Positions 27,617-37,996 of a DNA stretch of 64,000 bases are shown here, piece after piece (the stretch's first letter is position 1; each line of letters begins with the position of its first letter). Made by a program: the position numbers and the translations under genes. This stretch comes from Anaerolineaceae bacterium (GTDB lineage: Bacteria; Chloroflexota; Anaerolineae; Anaerolineales; Anaerolineaceae): contig JAENZI010000001.1 of assembly GCA_016841365.1 (NCBI GenBank), forward strand, positions 379,639 to 443,638, in the 5' to 3' direction. A model generated the notes under the pieces. The model did not search any database, was not told the DNA's origin, and worked only from the letters and a program-made list of their open reading frames with translations.

Positions 27617-30600
27617 TTATCTTTTGAACCTTGAAATGACGGTCGCCCGGGCTGGTAAGGTGACCCGGTCGCCTTTGGTGAGTTTTGCCGGTGCTTTGCC
27701 GGCGTCTTGCGGTGAGCCTTGATAGATATAAATCACTGATCCTTCGCTGGCGTATTTTTCTAAAATGTATGCCTGGCCGGTGAGAGAGCCTTCGGTATTA
27801 ATTGCGCAGGAGGTCACAGTGCCGATCACTTTTCCGCGCTCATCCAGGATAGGATCACCAAGATGAGCCATTTTAGTGCGTTGATCGTCAAACGCAAAGC
27901 GGACGACGATGCTGTTTCGTTGTTCTTCTTGCTGCAGGTATGCTTTCCTGCCGATGAACCATGGTTTGTGGATTTTGACAAAGTTTCCAAACCCAGCCTG
28001 GCCGACGCCGAGGTTGAGCATACCGCCCATCTCATGGCCATAAAGGGGCAATCCTGCTTCTGTGCGGAGGGAGTCACGCGCACCCAGTCCGCAAGGTTTG
28101 AGCCCCAAGTCTTTGCCTGCCTCCATCAGCGATTGCCATAATTTCACGGCATTCTCGGGATGCACGAATAACTCAAATCCCATCCTTTCACCAGTGTAAC
28201 CCGTTCTGGATACAACGAGGTCAATGCCGTTCAATGTCGCTTCGCATAAGTTCGCCCAATTCAAGCCTTCGATAGCCTGCCGATCGGTAAGAGAGACGTC
28301 AAGCTTGAGTAAGATTTCACGAGATTTTGGCCCTTGCAGGGCGATATCCACACGCTGCTCTTTGCCAGATTCTGGCAAGCGCAAATTTTTGAGAGTCACA
28401 TTTCTGCCGAAGGCAACTGCCCAAGGCAAATCGTTGTCAACCAATACCTCGCCTTTGCGGACGGCATTCAGCCACGCCCAATCTTTGTCGTCATTGGCAG
28501 CATTGACAACCACCAGGTATTTTTGCGGGGCACGGCGGTAAACGAGCAGGTCATCCAGCACGTTGGCATCCTGATCGAGGAAGTGCGTATAGCAGGATTC
28601 GCCGACTTCAAGGCTGCCGATATCATTCCCGCAGACACTATCCAGGAAGACGCAGGCATCTGGACCTTCAGCCTGGTAAACGCCCATGTGGGTGACATCG
28701 AAAAGCCCGGCCGCTTGGCGCACGGCAGTATGTTCCTCAAGGACAGATGAATACCACACTGGCATATCCCAGCCGGCAAAGGGCACCATTTTAGCGCCCA
28801 TTTCTCGATGGGTTAGGTTAAGGGGTGTGGTGAGAAGGGTTTCGCTTTCGACAGGTTGCCAGTCAAAGGCCGGTTTGGAAGTACCCTGCTGTTCGTCATT
28901 TTCAAAGCCGATGTAAAAGGGTTTTTTAATCCCGATTGGGTTTTCGTCAGTTGTTTCAGGTTTTTCAGCAGGGGCATCTTCGATCCGCATCGGACCCGGC
29001 ACACGCATCGCAAGGTCTTGATTGAATTGGATGTAGGCATCCGAGAGATCACGCAGCCAGGCACTGGCTAAGCCTGCCTGGTTTCCGGGCGTTGTCAGGA
29101 TGAACGTTTCGGGATCAACACATTTAACCCACACCTCTACATCACCTTGTGTGGTGTGAATCAGAGTGGGCTGGCTTTCACCTTTTGCCAATGACTCCAC
29201 ATCGCTTGTGAGGACATAGTCCAGGAATTGTCGGATCTGTTCACCGGAAAGTTTAAAACTCGCCCATTCGGCATCATCGTTGTCTGCAATATCGAAGAAG
29301 TGCGGATAGCTGTGGATTGGCGCAGATTCGGAGAAGTTTTCGGCTTTTTGTGCCAGTGCTTTAACTCTCAGTTTGGCGTCTTCCAGAACTTCGAAATCAA
29401 CTTTTGCCCGTCGTTTAGGAGATTTGCGCCCGGGCATGTTGTAGGGTGTTGTGCCTTCAAAGAGATCCGCAATGATTCCTGCTACCTCACGCAGGTCATC
29501 CTCTTTGAAACCTCGTTGAGTTAACCAGGTTGTGCCAAAACGCACCCCCGTAGCCGAAAAGGCAGAGCGGTCACCCGGGATAGTGTTGCGGTTGGCGACA
29601 ATCCCGGCGACATCCAGGATGCGGGCACCCATATCGCCTGAAAGGTAAGCGCCGTCTTTGGCTTTGATCGATTTACAATCAATCAGCACAATGTGGCTGT
29701 TTGTGCCATCGTAAGGCACTCTAATCCCGCGTTTTTTGAGTTGATCTGAAAAAGCAACAGCGTTTTTGATGATTTGCTCTTGCAGTTTTTTGAAGGATGC
29801 TGATTGTGCAATTTTGAAAGTCAGGGCAAGTGCTGCAATGGTATTGATGTGCGGACCGCCCTGTTCGCCCGGGAAGACTGCCTTATCAATTTTGCTGGCG
29901 AGGGATTTGTCATCTGTGATGATGATTGCACCGCGAGGCCCGATCATGGTTTTATGGGTAGTGAAGGTGATCACATGGGCGAAACCAACAGGTGAGGGCA
30001 CATGCCCGGCAGCGATTAAGCCCGCAATGTGAGAAACATCCGCTAAAAGGAGCGCGCCGACACTATCGGCGATTTCTCGGAATTTTTGCCAATCTGGGAT
30101 GTAGGGGTAGCTGGAGTAACCGGCAATGATGATCTTGGGTTTTGTTTCCACCGCTTTTTGAAGGATGGCGTCGTAATCCAGCAATTCTGTTTTCGGATCT
30201 ACCGTGTAATGCTGGGCGTTGTAGAACATGCCAGAGCGGTTGACTGATGAGCCATGCGAGAGGTGACCGCCATGCAGGAGATTCATCCCGAGGATGGTGT
30301 CACCCGGTTCAAGGAACGCAGTGTAAACAGCATTATTAGCCGGTGCACCGGATAGTGGCTGCACATTGACATAAAGATCATCTGCTGTCAAACCATTTGC
30401 GGCGAAAGCTTCAGCACACCGCCGCCGGGCTAAGGCTTCGACCATATCCACATATTCAACGCCTTTATAATATCGGGGGTCGCTATACCGGCGATAGGTA
30501 CCCAAGCTATTCGTATAGTCGAGGATTTCCGCTTCCGTTTGGTTACGAGTTTCAGGCCTGGGGTAACCTTCGGCGTAGATGTTCGTAAAAGAAGATCCCA

Positions 30601-30751
30601 GTGTTTCCCGCACAGCTTTTGGTGCGATGCTTTCACTGGGGATCATGATCAGTCTTCTGGCTTGCCGTTCATCTTCAAGCCGAATTAAATCAAAAAGCCC
30701 TGGGTCAATTGATTCCAGGTCTTTTTTTTGTTGAGATAAAGTCATGTACAC
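27617..30751 (-). CDS. glyA/gcvT: Serine hydroxymethyltransferase - glycine cleavage T protein fusion
   Basis: N-terminal SHMT motifs YAEGYP, NVQPLSGAPAN, HGGHLSHG, TTHKT and PGEQGGP; C-terminal GcvT motifs PFAGWDMP, LFDVTHMG, SRTGYTGE and GARDSLRTEAG; one continuous 1044-aa ORF. Confidence 0.9.
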   Translation of the reverse strand: MYMTLSQQKKDLESIDPGLFDLIRLEDERQARRLIMIPSESIAPKAVRETLGSSFTNIYAEGYPRPETRNQTEAEILDYTNSLGTYRRYSDPRYYKGVEYVDMVEALARRRCAEAFAANGLTADDLYVNVQPLSGAPANNAVYTAFLEPGDTILGMNLLHGGHLSHGSSVNRSGMFYNAQHYTVDPKTELLDYDAILQKAVETKPKIIIAGYSSYPYIPDWQKFREIADSVGALLLADVSHIAGLIAAGHVPSPVGFAHVITFTTHKTMIGPRGAIIITDDKSLASKIDKAVFPGEQGGPHINTIAALALTFKIAQSASFKKLQEQIIKNAVAFSDQLKKRGIRVPYDGTNSHIVLIDCKSIKAKDGAYLSGDMGARILDVAGIVANRNTIPGDRSAFSATGVRFGTTWLTQRGFKEDDLREVAGIIADLFEGTTPYNMPGRKSPKRRAKVDFEVLEDAKLRVKALAQKAENFSESAPIHSYPHFFDIADNDDAEWASFKLSGEQIRQFLDYVLTSDVESLAKGESQPTLIHTTQGDVEVWVKCVDPETFILTTPGNQAGLASAWLRDLSDAYIQFNQDLAMRVPGPMRIEDAPAEKPETTDENPIGIKKPFYIGFENDEQQGTSKPAFDWQPVESETLLTTPLNLTHREMGAKMVPFAGWDMPVWYSSVLEEHTAVRQAAGLFDVTHMGVYQAEGPDACVFLDSVCGNDIGSLEVGESCYTHFLDQDANVLDDLLVYRRAPQKYLVVVNAANDDKDWAWLNAVRKGEVLVDNDLPWAVAFGRNVTLKNLRLPESGKEQRVDIALQGPKSREILLKLDVSLTDRQAIEGLNWANLCEATLNGIDLVVSRTGYTGERMGFELFVHPENAVKLWQSLMEAGKDLGLKPCGLGARDSLRTEAGLPLYGHEMGGMLNLGVGQAGFGNFVKIHKPWFIGRKAYLQQEEQRNSIVVRFAFDDQRTKMAHLGDPILDERGKVIGTVTSCAINTEGSLTGQAYILEKYASEGSVIYIYQGSPQDAGKAPAKLTKGDRVTLPARATVISRFKR

Positions 30752-30847
30752 ACTCCTTAGATATCGGATCTTGTGAGGTGAGATTGTATTAATTCTGTAA
30801 ATCTATTTTAATCCCGTCGCAGATACTGGTCAAGGAAGGGCAGTTAC

Positions 30848-31690
30848 TTAAACCTTTGCCTGCTGGTTTAGCCACTCAATCATTTTGGCAATCACCTGTT
30901 GTTTTCCGAGGTCATTGTGTGTCTCATGATAGTAGCCCTCCCATAGAACGAGTTCCACTGGGCTGCCGGCTTTTTGTGCGAATTCTTGACTGGCCTTTGG
31001 GGAAGTGATCCTGTCAGCAGTGCCGTGCATCAAGAGCAGCGGAAGTTGCCAATGGCTGGCGTGTTCTAAGGCGTAAGTGCCACTATCAAATAGATCCATG
31101 GCAAGTTTTGTTGAAATGTGGTCATGTACCAGGACATCATCAGTATAAGCTTTGACAATGGCTTTATCCCTTGAAAGTGCATCTTGTTCAAGCCCATTAT
31201 TCATCAGCATGGAAGGCATTACAGCAGCAATAACTTTTCCCATGATTAATTTTAATTTTGGGGGTGCAAAGGCTAAACGTAGTGAAGGCGAGGTCGCAAT
31301 AATCCCCGAAAGGTCAGCAGAACGGCGCAAACCGAAATTTAACACGATATTCGCCCCCAGGCTGTGACCGTAAAGAAATTTTGCATCAAACTGCCCAAAC
31401 CGCTTTCCGATTTCATCAAGAAAGGATTGTACGTCATCAAGAAGTGTCTCAAGATTGGGTGAATGACCGCGTTTGCCTTCTGAAAGGCCGTGCCCGCGCA
31501 AATCAAATCCAACCAGGTGATAACCAGCGTCGTTCAGGGCTTTGGCAATATGGGCATATCGACCGGAATGCTCACCTAAACCATGCACCAGATGGACCAT
31601 GCCCCTGATGTCGGGCTGGTTTGAAAGCCAGGCTCGACCCAGCAGCGATAACCCATCCTTGCTCGAAAAATTAAATGTTGAATGATTCAT
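30848..31690 (-). CDS. Alpha/beta hydrolase (lysophospholipase/monoacylglycerol lipase type)
   Basis: HGLGEHSGRY, DLRGHG and GHSLG nucleophile elbow. Confidence 0.9.
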   Translation of the reverse strand: MNHSTFNFSSKDGLSLLGRAWLSNQPDIRGMVHLVHGLGEHSGRYAHIAKALNDAGYHLVGFDLRGHGLSEGKRGHSPNLETLLDDVQSFLDEIGKRFGQFDAKFLYGHSLGANIVLNFGLRRSADLSGIIATSPSLRLAFAPPKLKLIMGKVIAAVMPSMLMNNGLEQDALSRDKAIVKAYTDDVLVHDHISTKLAMDLFDSGTYALEHASHWQLPLLLMHGTADRITSPKASQEFAQKAGSPVELVLWEGYYHETHNDLGKQQVIAKMIEWLNQQAKV

Positions 31691-31834
31691 TCCTTTTCCT
31701 TTTCTAAATCATAAAGATTTCTTATAATGAATTAGGTATTAGTTCTTCATTATACAATGAATGTCATGTGATCATATTGTCTATTTTAAGTATATTGATG
31801 TGCCTGACGTGCATCATTCGTGACCAGGATTTTT

Positions 31835-32524
31835 ATGACAAGATTTTCGTATTTCTCTCTTGAAAAAGCTCGACACGCACTTGGCGCGGTGGTCGTAATT
31901 GATGTTTTACGGGCGTTTACCACGGCTGCTTATGCTTTTCAGGCGGGAGCATCAAAAATTATCCCTGTTGCTGAGGTTGAAGAAGCGCTCAAGATGCATG
32001 ATGAATACGAACAGGCTTTTATCATGGGCGAAGAGGGGGGGTTTAAGCCTGATGCATTTGATTTTAGTAATTCTCCGGCTGAAATCCTCCAACAGGATTT
32101 GAGCGGTGCCACTTTGATTCAACGTACAACCGCCGGCACCCAAGGGCTCAATCAAGCCAACCAAGCAAACACACTCTTAGCGGCATCTTTTGTGGTTGCT
32201 AAGGCAACGGCGCAGTATCTTAAGCAGCTTAATCCTCCACAGGTTTCTTTTATCATCACAGGTGACTCATTAGGGCGGGATGGCAAAGAGGATCGAGCCT
32301 GTGCTGGTTATATCGAAGCATTGATGCGTGGTGAAGAGGTGGACCCAAAGCCATATATAAACCAGGCGTGTCAATCCAGCGTGGTGCGAGGGTTTTCCAC
32401 CGGTGAGGTTCAATACCTGTCTCAGGAGGACCTTGATTTGAGCATGCATGTGGATGTTTTTGATTTTTACTTGCCGGTCAGAAGGCGAATGGGCCATCTG
32501 GAAATGACCAGAGGATCGGCATAA
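31835..32524 (+). CDS. ComB-family (2-phosphosulfolactate phosphatase-like) protein
   Basis: VVIDVLRAFTT, DFSNSP, RTTAGT and EDRACA motifs. The start could instead be the GTG at 31820. Confidence 0.82.
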   Translation: MTRFSYFSLEKARHALGAVVVIDVLRAFTTAAYAFQAGASKIIPVAEVEEALKMHDEYEQAFIMGEEGGFKPDAFDFSNSPAEILQQDLSGATLIQRTTAGTQGLNQANQANTLLAASFVVAKATAQYLKQLNPPQVSFIITGDSLGRDGKEDRACAGYIEALMRGEEVDPKPYINQACQSSVVRGFSTGEVQYLSQEDLDLSMHVDVFDFYLPVRRRMGHLEMTRGSA

Positions 32525-32635
32525 ATCAGGCTGATAAAATGGCAAACTCTGGGATTTTATGATAGATTTAATTTTAATGTGTCACTTTTATGCGATTTTT
32601 TTGTTAATTAAATCAGACAATCAAAGGTTGTTACG

Positions 32636-33187
32636 TTGAGCAAAAATAATGACGAAATAGCCTTGATTGATGCCGCCAAAAATGATCCAGCCGCCTTTGG
32701 CGATCTTTATAAGCGCTACGTGGATAAGATCTACAGCTATGTTTACTACCGGATTGGGAATGCAAAAGATGCTGAAGATCTGACCGAGCGGGTGTTTTTT
32801 AAGGCAATGGATCACATCAAAGGTTACAAGCATATGGGATTGCCTTTTTCGGCGTGGCTTTACCGAATTGCTCATAACCTTGTTGCCAACTATCATCGAG
32901 ATCGATCTCGCAAGCAGGAGATTTCTCTGGATCATGTGCCGGGGCAGGTGCTGCCTCAGTCAAGTTTGCAGCCTGAATCCCGGATTGTGAAGAATCAGGA
33001 GGTTGAGGCTTTGTTGGATACGATCCGTGACCTTGCTGATAACCGGCAGGAATTGTTGATTTTGAAATTTGTTGACGAATTGTCAAATTATGAAATTGGA
33101 CAAATCATGCGGAAAAGTGAAGGCGCTATCAAGAGTTTGTATCACCGCACCTTGCTCGAACTGCGTGAGAAAATGAATTCAGATTGA
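32636..33187 (+). CDS. ECF RNA polymerase sigma factor
   Basis: DAEDLT..VFFKA, FSAWLYRIAHN and region 4 (GAIKSLYHR). Confidence 0.9.
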   Translation: MSKNNDEIALIDAAKNDPAAFGDLYKRYVDKIYSYVYYRIGNAKDAEDLTERVFFKAMDHIKGYKHMGLPFSAWLYRIAHNLVANYHRDRSRKQEISLDHVPGQVLPQSSLQPESRIVKNQEVEALLDTIRDLADNRQELLILKFVDELSNYEIGQIMRKSEGAIKSLYHRTLLELREKMNSD

Positions 33188-33200
33188 AAAAGGAAATGGG

Positions 33201-34046
33201 ATGCTAAGGATAATTGTGGATGGATCAGCAGATATGCCTGATGGCTGGGCAGAAGAATTTCAATTTGAGATTTTACCGATGCCCATCCAAATCGGTGAAA
33301 AAACTTATTATCAGGGTGAGGATATTGATACCAAGTTGTTCTATGAATTATTGGAGGATAAGAGTGTTCAACCAAAATCTGCTGCACCATCGCCCACCCG
33401 TATCGCCAAATTCATCGAAAAAGTGGCTGATTTTGGGGATACCGTCCTTTCACTGAATGTATCCGGCAAAATGTCATCTACTGTCACGATGGCAAGGCAT
33501 GCTGCTAGAGACCTTAAGGATAAGATGGAGATGGTGGTATTCGACTCGGAAGCGGGTTCGGCTGTCTTGGCCTTTATGGCTCGTGAAGCCAGGTTGCGAG
33601 AAAAAGCGGGTGAGTCGCTCGAAGAGATTCTTAGTGTGTTAGAAAGAATCCGCGATAAAGTGATGGTCGTGCTGACGGTTGACTCTCTGGAATTTGCTCG
33701 TCGTTCGGGGCGGGTTGGAACATTAAAGGCAGCGTTAACCTCCTTGCTTAAGATTAAACCAATTGTCACGCTGAATGAGGGGGCATTGGATGTTTCAGAG
33801 TTGGTTCGCACACGGCGGAAATCGCTTGAAAGCATCGTCTCACAGGTTGAGGGACGATTTGGCAAGACACCAGTCAAAATCGCCATCGTCCACGCCCATG
33901 ACCAGGAATCAGCAGATATCTTAAAAGAAATGGTTGAGAAAGCCCTGAATACTGTTGAAACGGTCTTTACGGAACTCTCCATCTCTGTTGCAGCAAATTT
34001 AGGGCCGAAGACAGTTGGGATTGTTGCTATGCCGGATCAAATTTAG
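33201..34046 (+). CDS. DegV family (fatty-acid binding) protein
   Basis: IIVDGSAD, KSAAPSP, LSLNVSGKMSST, SGR and NLGP motifs. Confidence 0.88.
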   Translation: MLRIIVDGSADMPDGWAEEFQFEILPMPIQIGEKTYYQGEDIDTKLFYELLEDKSVQPKSAAPSPTRIAKFIEKVADFGDTVLSLNVSGKMSSTVTMARHAARDLKDKMEMVVFDSEAGSAVLAFMAREARLREKAGESLEEILSVLERIRDKVMVVLTVDSLEFARRSGRVGTLKAALTSLLKIKPIVTLNEGALDVSELVRTRRKSLESIVSQVEGRFGKTPVKIAIVHAHDQESADILKEMVEKALNTVETVFTELSISVAANLGPKTVGIVAMPDQI

Positions 34047-34057
34047 GGAGGTTGTTG

Positions 34058-34306
34058 ATGTCAGAAAAAGTGTCCACAAATGAAGAGCTGTTGGCAATCG
34101 AAGAAGCGTTAAGGACACGGTTGAACCCGGTTCATCCCAATCAGAAATTTGTGTCTAATCTGCGTCAGAGATTGGTAGAATCACCTGCTTATCAGCAGCG
34201 CCGGCAAAAAGCGGCAAAATTGTTGACTGTTGCCGGGGGATTGTTGTTTGGCTTGGTGGTGTTCTTGATTGGGCGGCGATTAATTGAGGGCTCTGAAAGC
34301 ACTTAG
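34058..34306 (+). CDS. Small single-TM protein, possible minimal anti-sigma factor
   Basis: SD ggagg; P..KFVSNLRQRL helix followed by one hydrophobic segment. Confidence 0.6.
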   Translation: MSEKVSTNEELLAIEEALRTRLNPVHPNQKFVSNLRQRLVESPAYQQRRQKAAKLLTVAGGLLFGLVVFLIGRRLIEGSEST

Positions 34307-34330
34307 TACACTCAGATTGATATCACAAAG

Positions 34331-34585
34331 TCAATTTCTATGTAATAGGGCGTCTAATTTTTCATTTAATTGGTGATTGGTCGGTTCAACGAGAATTGTG
34401 CCGTCCGGAAAGAAGATCGTGGGCACACTGCGATAGCCGTGGTTTGTCTGGATCACCAGAGCAGCACCTTCTTTTGATTGGTTGATGTCCACCCACTCAT
34501 ATTGGATCTTCCGCTCATCAAGGATCCGTAATGCCCTGATTGTATCCCCGCACCAGCGTGTGCCATAGACTTTGATTTTTTCCAT
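34331..34585 (-). CDS. Glutaredoxin/NrdH (mycoredoxin-like) protein with CGDT active site
   Basis: YGTRWCGDT and cis-Pro loop RSVPTIFF. Confidence 0.82.
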   Translation of the reverse strand: MEKIKVYGTRWCGDTIRALRILDERKIQYEWVDINQSKEGAALVIQTNHGYRSVPTIFFPDGTILVEPTNHQLNEKLDALLHRN

Positions 34586-34817
34586 CAAGTAGTGTCCTCA
34601 TCATTCCAAGATTTTGACAAAAATTTTATTCTTTGCGGCTTATTCTTACGGGCAACAGGAATAAGATAGTAACCCGTCTATTTTTTTGATGATATGCCCT
34701 ATCAATCTTAATTATTTTATGTTCGAATTATAAACGTAATTTATTGGAAGAAGAAAATCTATTTTCGATAGATATTCAAAAAGCAGATAAGAAGGCGAGT
34801 GTAGATGTGTTAAAATT

Positions 34818-35750
34818 ATGCCTATGAACACACGTATTGTATTTATGGGATCACCTGATTTTGCCTTGCCAACACTTGAGGCATTGCATCGTGCATTTGA
34901 TGTTGTGGGCGTGGTCACACAGCCTGATCGACCTGCCGGACGCGGACGGGCGTTGCGTCCGCCGGATGTGAAAGTCCTTGCTGAGAGATTGGGCTTGCCG
35001 TTGATTCAGCCAAAAACGCTTAAGTCACAAGATGCGATTGACCAGCTTAAACAATGGGCACCAGATGTGATTGTTGTGGCTGCCTTCGGTCAAATCCTGC
35101 GGGAGGATGTGCTCAACCTGCCGGCATATGGCTGTTTAAACGTGCACGCTTCGCTGCTGCCTCGCTGGCGCGGGGCGGCACCAGTTCAGGCAGCGATTCT
35201 TAATGATGATGCTACGGGTGTTACGATCATGAAAATGGACCCCGGGCTAGATACCGGGCCGATCCTGGCACAAAGCCAAATCGAGATTGAACCCAAAATG
35301 ACTGCCGGCGAGCTTTTTGACATCTTAGCCCAGATGGGGGCGGATCTGCTCGTTGAAATACTCCCTAAATATTTACGAGGTGAGATCCATCCTCAGCCCC
35401 AAAATGACGCAGAGTCGACCTACGCTCCCCGCTTGGCAAAATCAGATGGCTTGTTAGACTTTAATCAACCTGCGGCGTTCCTGGCACGCAAGGTGCGCGC
35501 CTTCAACCCGTGGCCTGGGGCTTTTCAATTTTTCGATGATACCCGCCTGAAAATCTACATGGCTCACGCAACAGCAATGGAAGACGCTGGCATTGGCAGG
35601 CGGTATGTGTTTGAGGATAAGCCTGCCTGGGGAACGGCAGACGGTTTGTTGGTATTGGACGAGGTCCACGCTTCCGGTAAAAGCAGAGTAACAGGACAGG
35701 AATTCTTGCGAGGTGCAAAGGATTGGATTGAAGAAGAGGAGAGGGATTAA
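34818..35750 (+). CDS. fmt: Methionyl-tRNA formyltransferase
   Basis: [21 protein letters not shown] and [15 protein letters not shown] motifs. Confidence 0.96.
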   Translation: MPMNTRIVFMGSPDFALPTLEALHRAFDVVGVVTQPDRPAGRGRALRPPDVKVLAERLGLPLIQPKTLKSQDAIDQLKQWAPDVIVVAAFGQILREDVLNLPAYGCLNVHASLLPRWRGAAPVQAAILNDDATGVTIMKMDPGLDTGPILAQSQIEIEPKMTAGELFDILAQMGADLLVEILPKYLRGEIHPQPQNDAESTYAPRLAKSDGLLDFNQPAAFLARKVRAFNPWPGAFQFFDDTRLKIYMAHATAMEDAGIGRRYVFEDKPAWGTADGLLVLDEVHASGKSRVTGQEFLRGAKDWIEEEERD

Positions 35751-37246
35751 TGGCGCAATTCATATTAGCAATTGACCAGGGAACAACCAGCACTCGGGCG
35801 ATGATCTTTGATCATAAGGGTCAGGTCGTCGGATGGAAACAAAAGGAACATGAACAACACTACCCTAAACCAGGATGGGTGGAACACGATCCGCTTGAGA
35901 TTTGGTCTTCGACCCAATTCGTGGTTCAGGGTGTTTTGAATGAAAACAACCTGACTTCAAAAAATATTGCTGCGATTGGGATAACCAATCAGAGGGAAAC
36001 AACCTTGGTGTGGAACCGGGACACCGGGAAACCATATTATCCTGCGGTCGTTTGGCAGGATACCCGCACAGATAAAATCTGCAACCAGTTGGCCAAAGAG
36101 GGGGGGCAGGACCGCTTCCGCAAGATTACGGGTTTGCCGCTGGCGACATACTTCTCAGGGCCGAAGATTGCTTGGCTGCTTGAGAACGTTGAAGGCTTGC
36201 GAGAGGATGCTGAAACGGGCAAAGCCATATTTGGCACGCTGGATTCCTGGCTTGTATGGAATTTGACAGGCGGTCCACAGGGCGGATTGCATCTGACAGA
36301 TGTGACCAACGCGTCACGGACGTTATTGATGAACCTGGAAACGCTGGATTGGGATGATGGCATGCTGTCGGTGCTGAGCATTCCCAGAGCAATGCTACCC
36401 AAAATTGTTTCATCATCAGATGTTTATGGCCGGGCAAAGGGCGTGCTAGAAGGGGTTCCCGTTGCAGGGATCCTCGGTGATCAGCAAGCGGCTTTGTTTG
36501 GTCAGGCTTGCTACAACGCGGGCGAGGCAAAAAATACCTACGGCACCGGTTGTTTTATGTTGATGAACACCGGGCACATGCCGACCCCGAGTGAGTCTGG
36601 TCTTTTGACGACTGTCGGATACAAAATCGGTGAGCAGGCAGCAGTCTATGCTCTGGAAGGTTCAATTGCCATCACGGGGGCGCTGGTGCAATGGCTGCGG
36701 GATAACCTGCGGATGATTGACACGGCTGCCGAAATTGAGACATTAGCACAAACGGTTGAAGATGCCGGCGGCATTTATTTTGTCCCGGCATTCTCAGGTC
36801 TGTTCGCCCCTTATTGGCGCAGCGATGCACGCGGTGCAATCGTTGGGCTGACACGCTATATCAACCGGGGGCATATTGCCCGTGCGGTTTTGGAGGCGTC
36901 AGCTTATCAAACCCGGGAAGTGCTGGATGCCATGGAAAAAGATTCGGGCGTCAGGCTTAAGGCGCTGAAGGTTGATGGCGGGATGGTTAAGAACGAATTG
37001 CTCATGCAATTTCAGGCGGATATTCTGAACGTCCCGGTTATCCGACCTGTTGTCGCTGAAACCACCAGCCTGGGTGCTGCATATGCGGCTGGGTTAGCTG
37101 TTGGCTACTGGCAAAATGAGGATGAACTCCGTGAAAAATGGCAAAAAGACGTCCAATGGGATCCTGTTATGGCGGCATCCCAGCGAGAAACTTGCTACGC
37201 CGGTTGGAAAAAAGCTGTCACACGAACTTTTGATTGGATTGAATAG
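35750..37246 (+). CDS. glpK: Glycerol kinase
   Basis: [32 protein letters not shown] and KNTYGTGCF motifs. Confidence 0.96.
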   Translation: MAQFILAIDQGTTSTRAMIFDHKGQVVGWKQKEHEQHYPKPGWVEHDPLEIWSSTQFVVQGVLNENNLTSKNIAAIGITNQRETTLVWNRDTGKPYYPAVVWQDTRTDKICNQLAKEGGQDRFRKITGLPLATYFSGPKIAWLLENVEGLREDAETGKAIFGTLDSWLVWNLTGGPQGGLHLTDVTNASRTLLMNLETLDWDDGMLSVLSIPRAMLPKIVSSSDVYGRAKGVLEGVPVAGILGDQQAALFGQACYNAGEAKNTYGTGCFMLMNTGHMPTPSESGLLTTVGYKIGEQAAVYALEGSIAITGALVQWLRDNLRMIDTAAEIETLAQTVEDAGGIYFVPAFSGLFAPYWRSDARGAIVGLTRYINRGHIARAVLEASAYQTREVLDAMEKDSGVRLKALKVDGGMVKNELLMQFQADILNVPVIRPVVAETTSLGAAYAAGLAVGYWQNEDELREKWQKDVQWDPVMAASQRETCYAGWKKAVTRTFDWIE

Positions 37247-37254
37247 GAAACCGG

Positions 37255-37911
37255 ATGAATTTTTATACCCTAACATTTCTACGACATGCAGAATCTTCTG
37301 GCAATGCCGAAGGTTACTACCAGGGGCAGAAAGATTACCCGCTGACAAAGCGGGGTATCAACCAGGTTCGGCGTTTGATCTCACGCTGGCAATCTGATGG
37401 GACGCGCATTGATCAGATTATCTCCAGCCCCCTGACCCGATCGAAGGATACGGCTGAAATGATCAGCCAGGTTTTTGGCTGGCCGGTTGAGGTGGACCCT
37501 TTATGGCGAGAGCGTGACATGGGTCTGCTGACGGGAGTTAAACGGCAGGAGTCGGAAGCAGTTTATCCAAAACCGAAATTTTTCACGCCTTATGAAAACA
37601 TGGCAGGGACAGGTGAAGGCAATTGGGCTTTATATCTCCGAGCAGGAAAGGCGATCCACAACATTCTCAAACGTCCGCCGGCGCGTTATTTGATCGTTTC
37701 ACATGGCGGAATCCTGAACCAGGCGCTGCATGTTGTGTTCGGCATGACGCCGCAAGCCGGGGGTCAGGGCGTTCATTTTCGGTTTGTGCATACCGCGTTT
37801 TCGACAGTGTATTACGATCCATCTCAGCATAAATGGGTTGTTTGGGGTCTGAATGATTTTACACATTTGGCAGTGAGAGACTTTAACTTGGATGAGGAAG
37901 AGGAATCCTGA
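37255..37911 (+). CDS. Histidine phosphatase family protein
   Basis: LRHAES, SSPLTRS and VSHGG motifs. Confidence 0.85.
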   Translation: MNFYTLTFLRHAESSGNAEGYYQGQKDYPLTKRGINQVRRLISRWQSDGTRIDQIISSPLTRSKDTAEMISQVFGWPVEVDPLWRERDMGLLTGVKRQESEAVYPKPKFFTPYENMAGTGEGNWALYLRAGKAIHNILKRPPARYLIVSHGGILNQALHVVFGMTPQAGGQGVHFRFVHTAFSTVYYDPSQHKWVVWGLNDFTHLAVRDFNLDEEEES

Positions 37912-37996
37912 TAGAACATTAAACTTTGCATTGTTTAACGATCAGCAATTCCTAAATAAATAATTATGAAATCAATCTTTAGAAAAGGGAGAGAAA

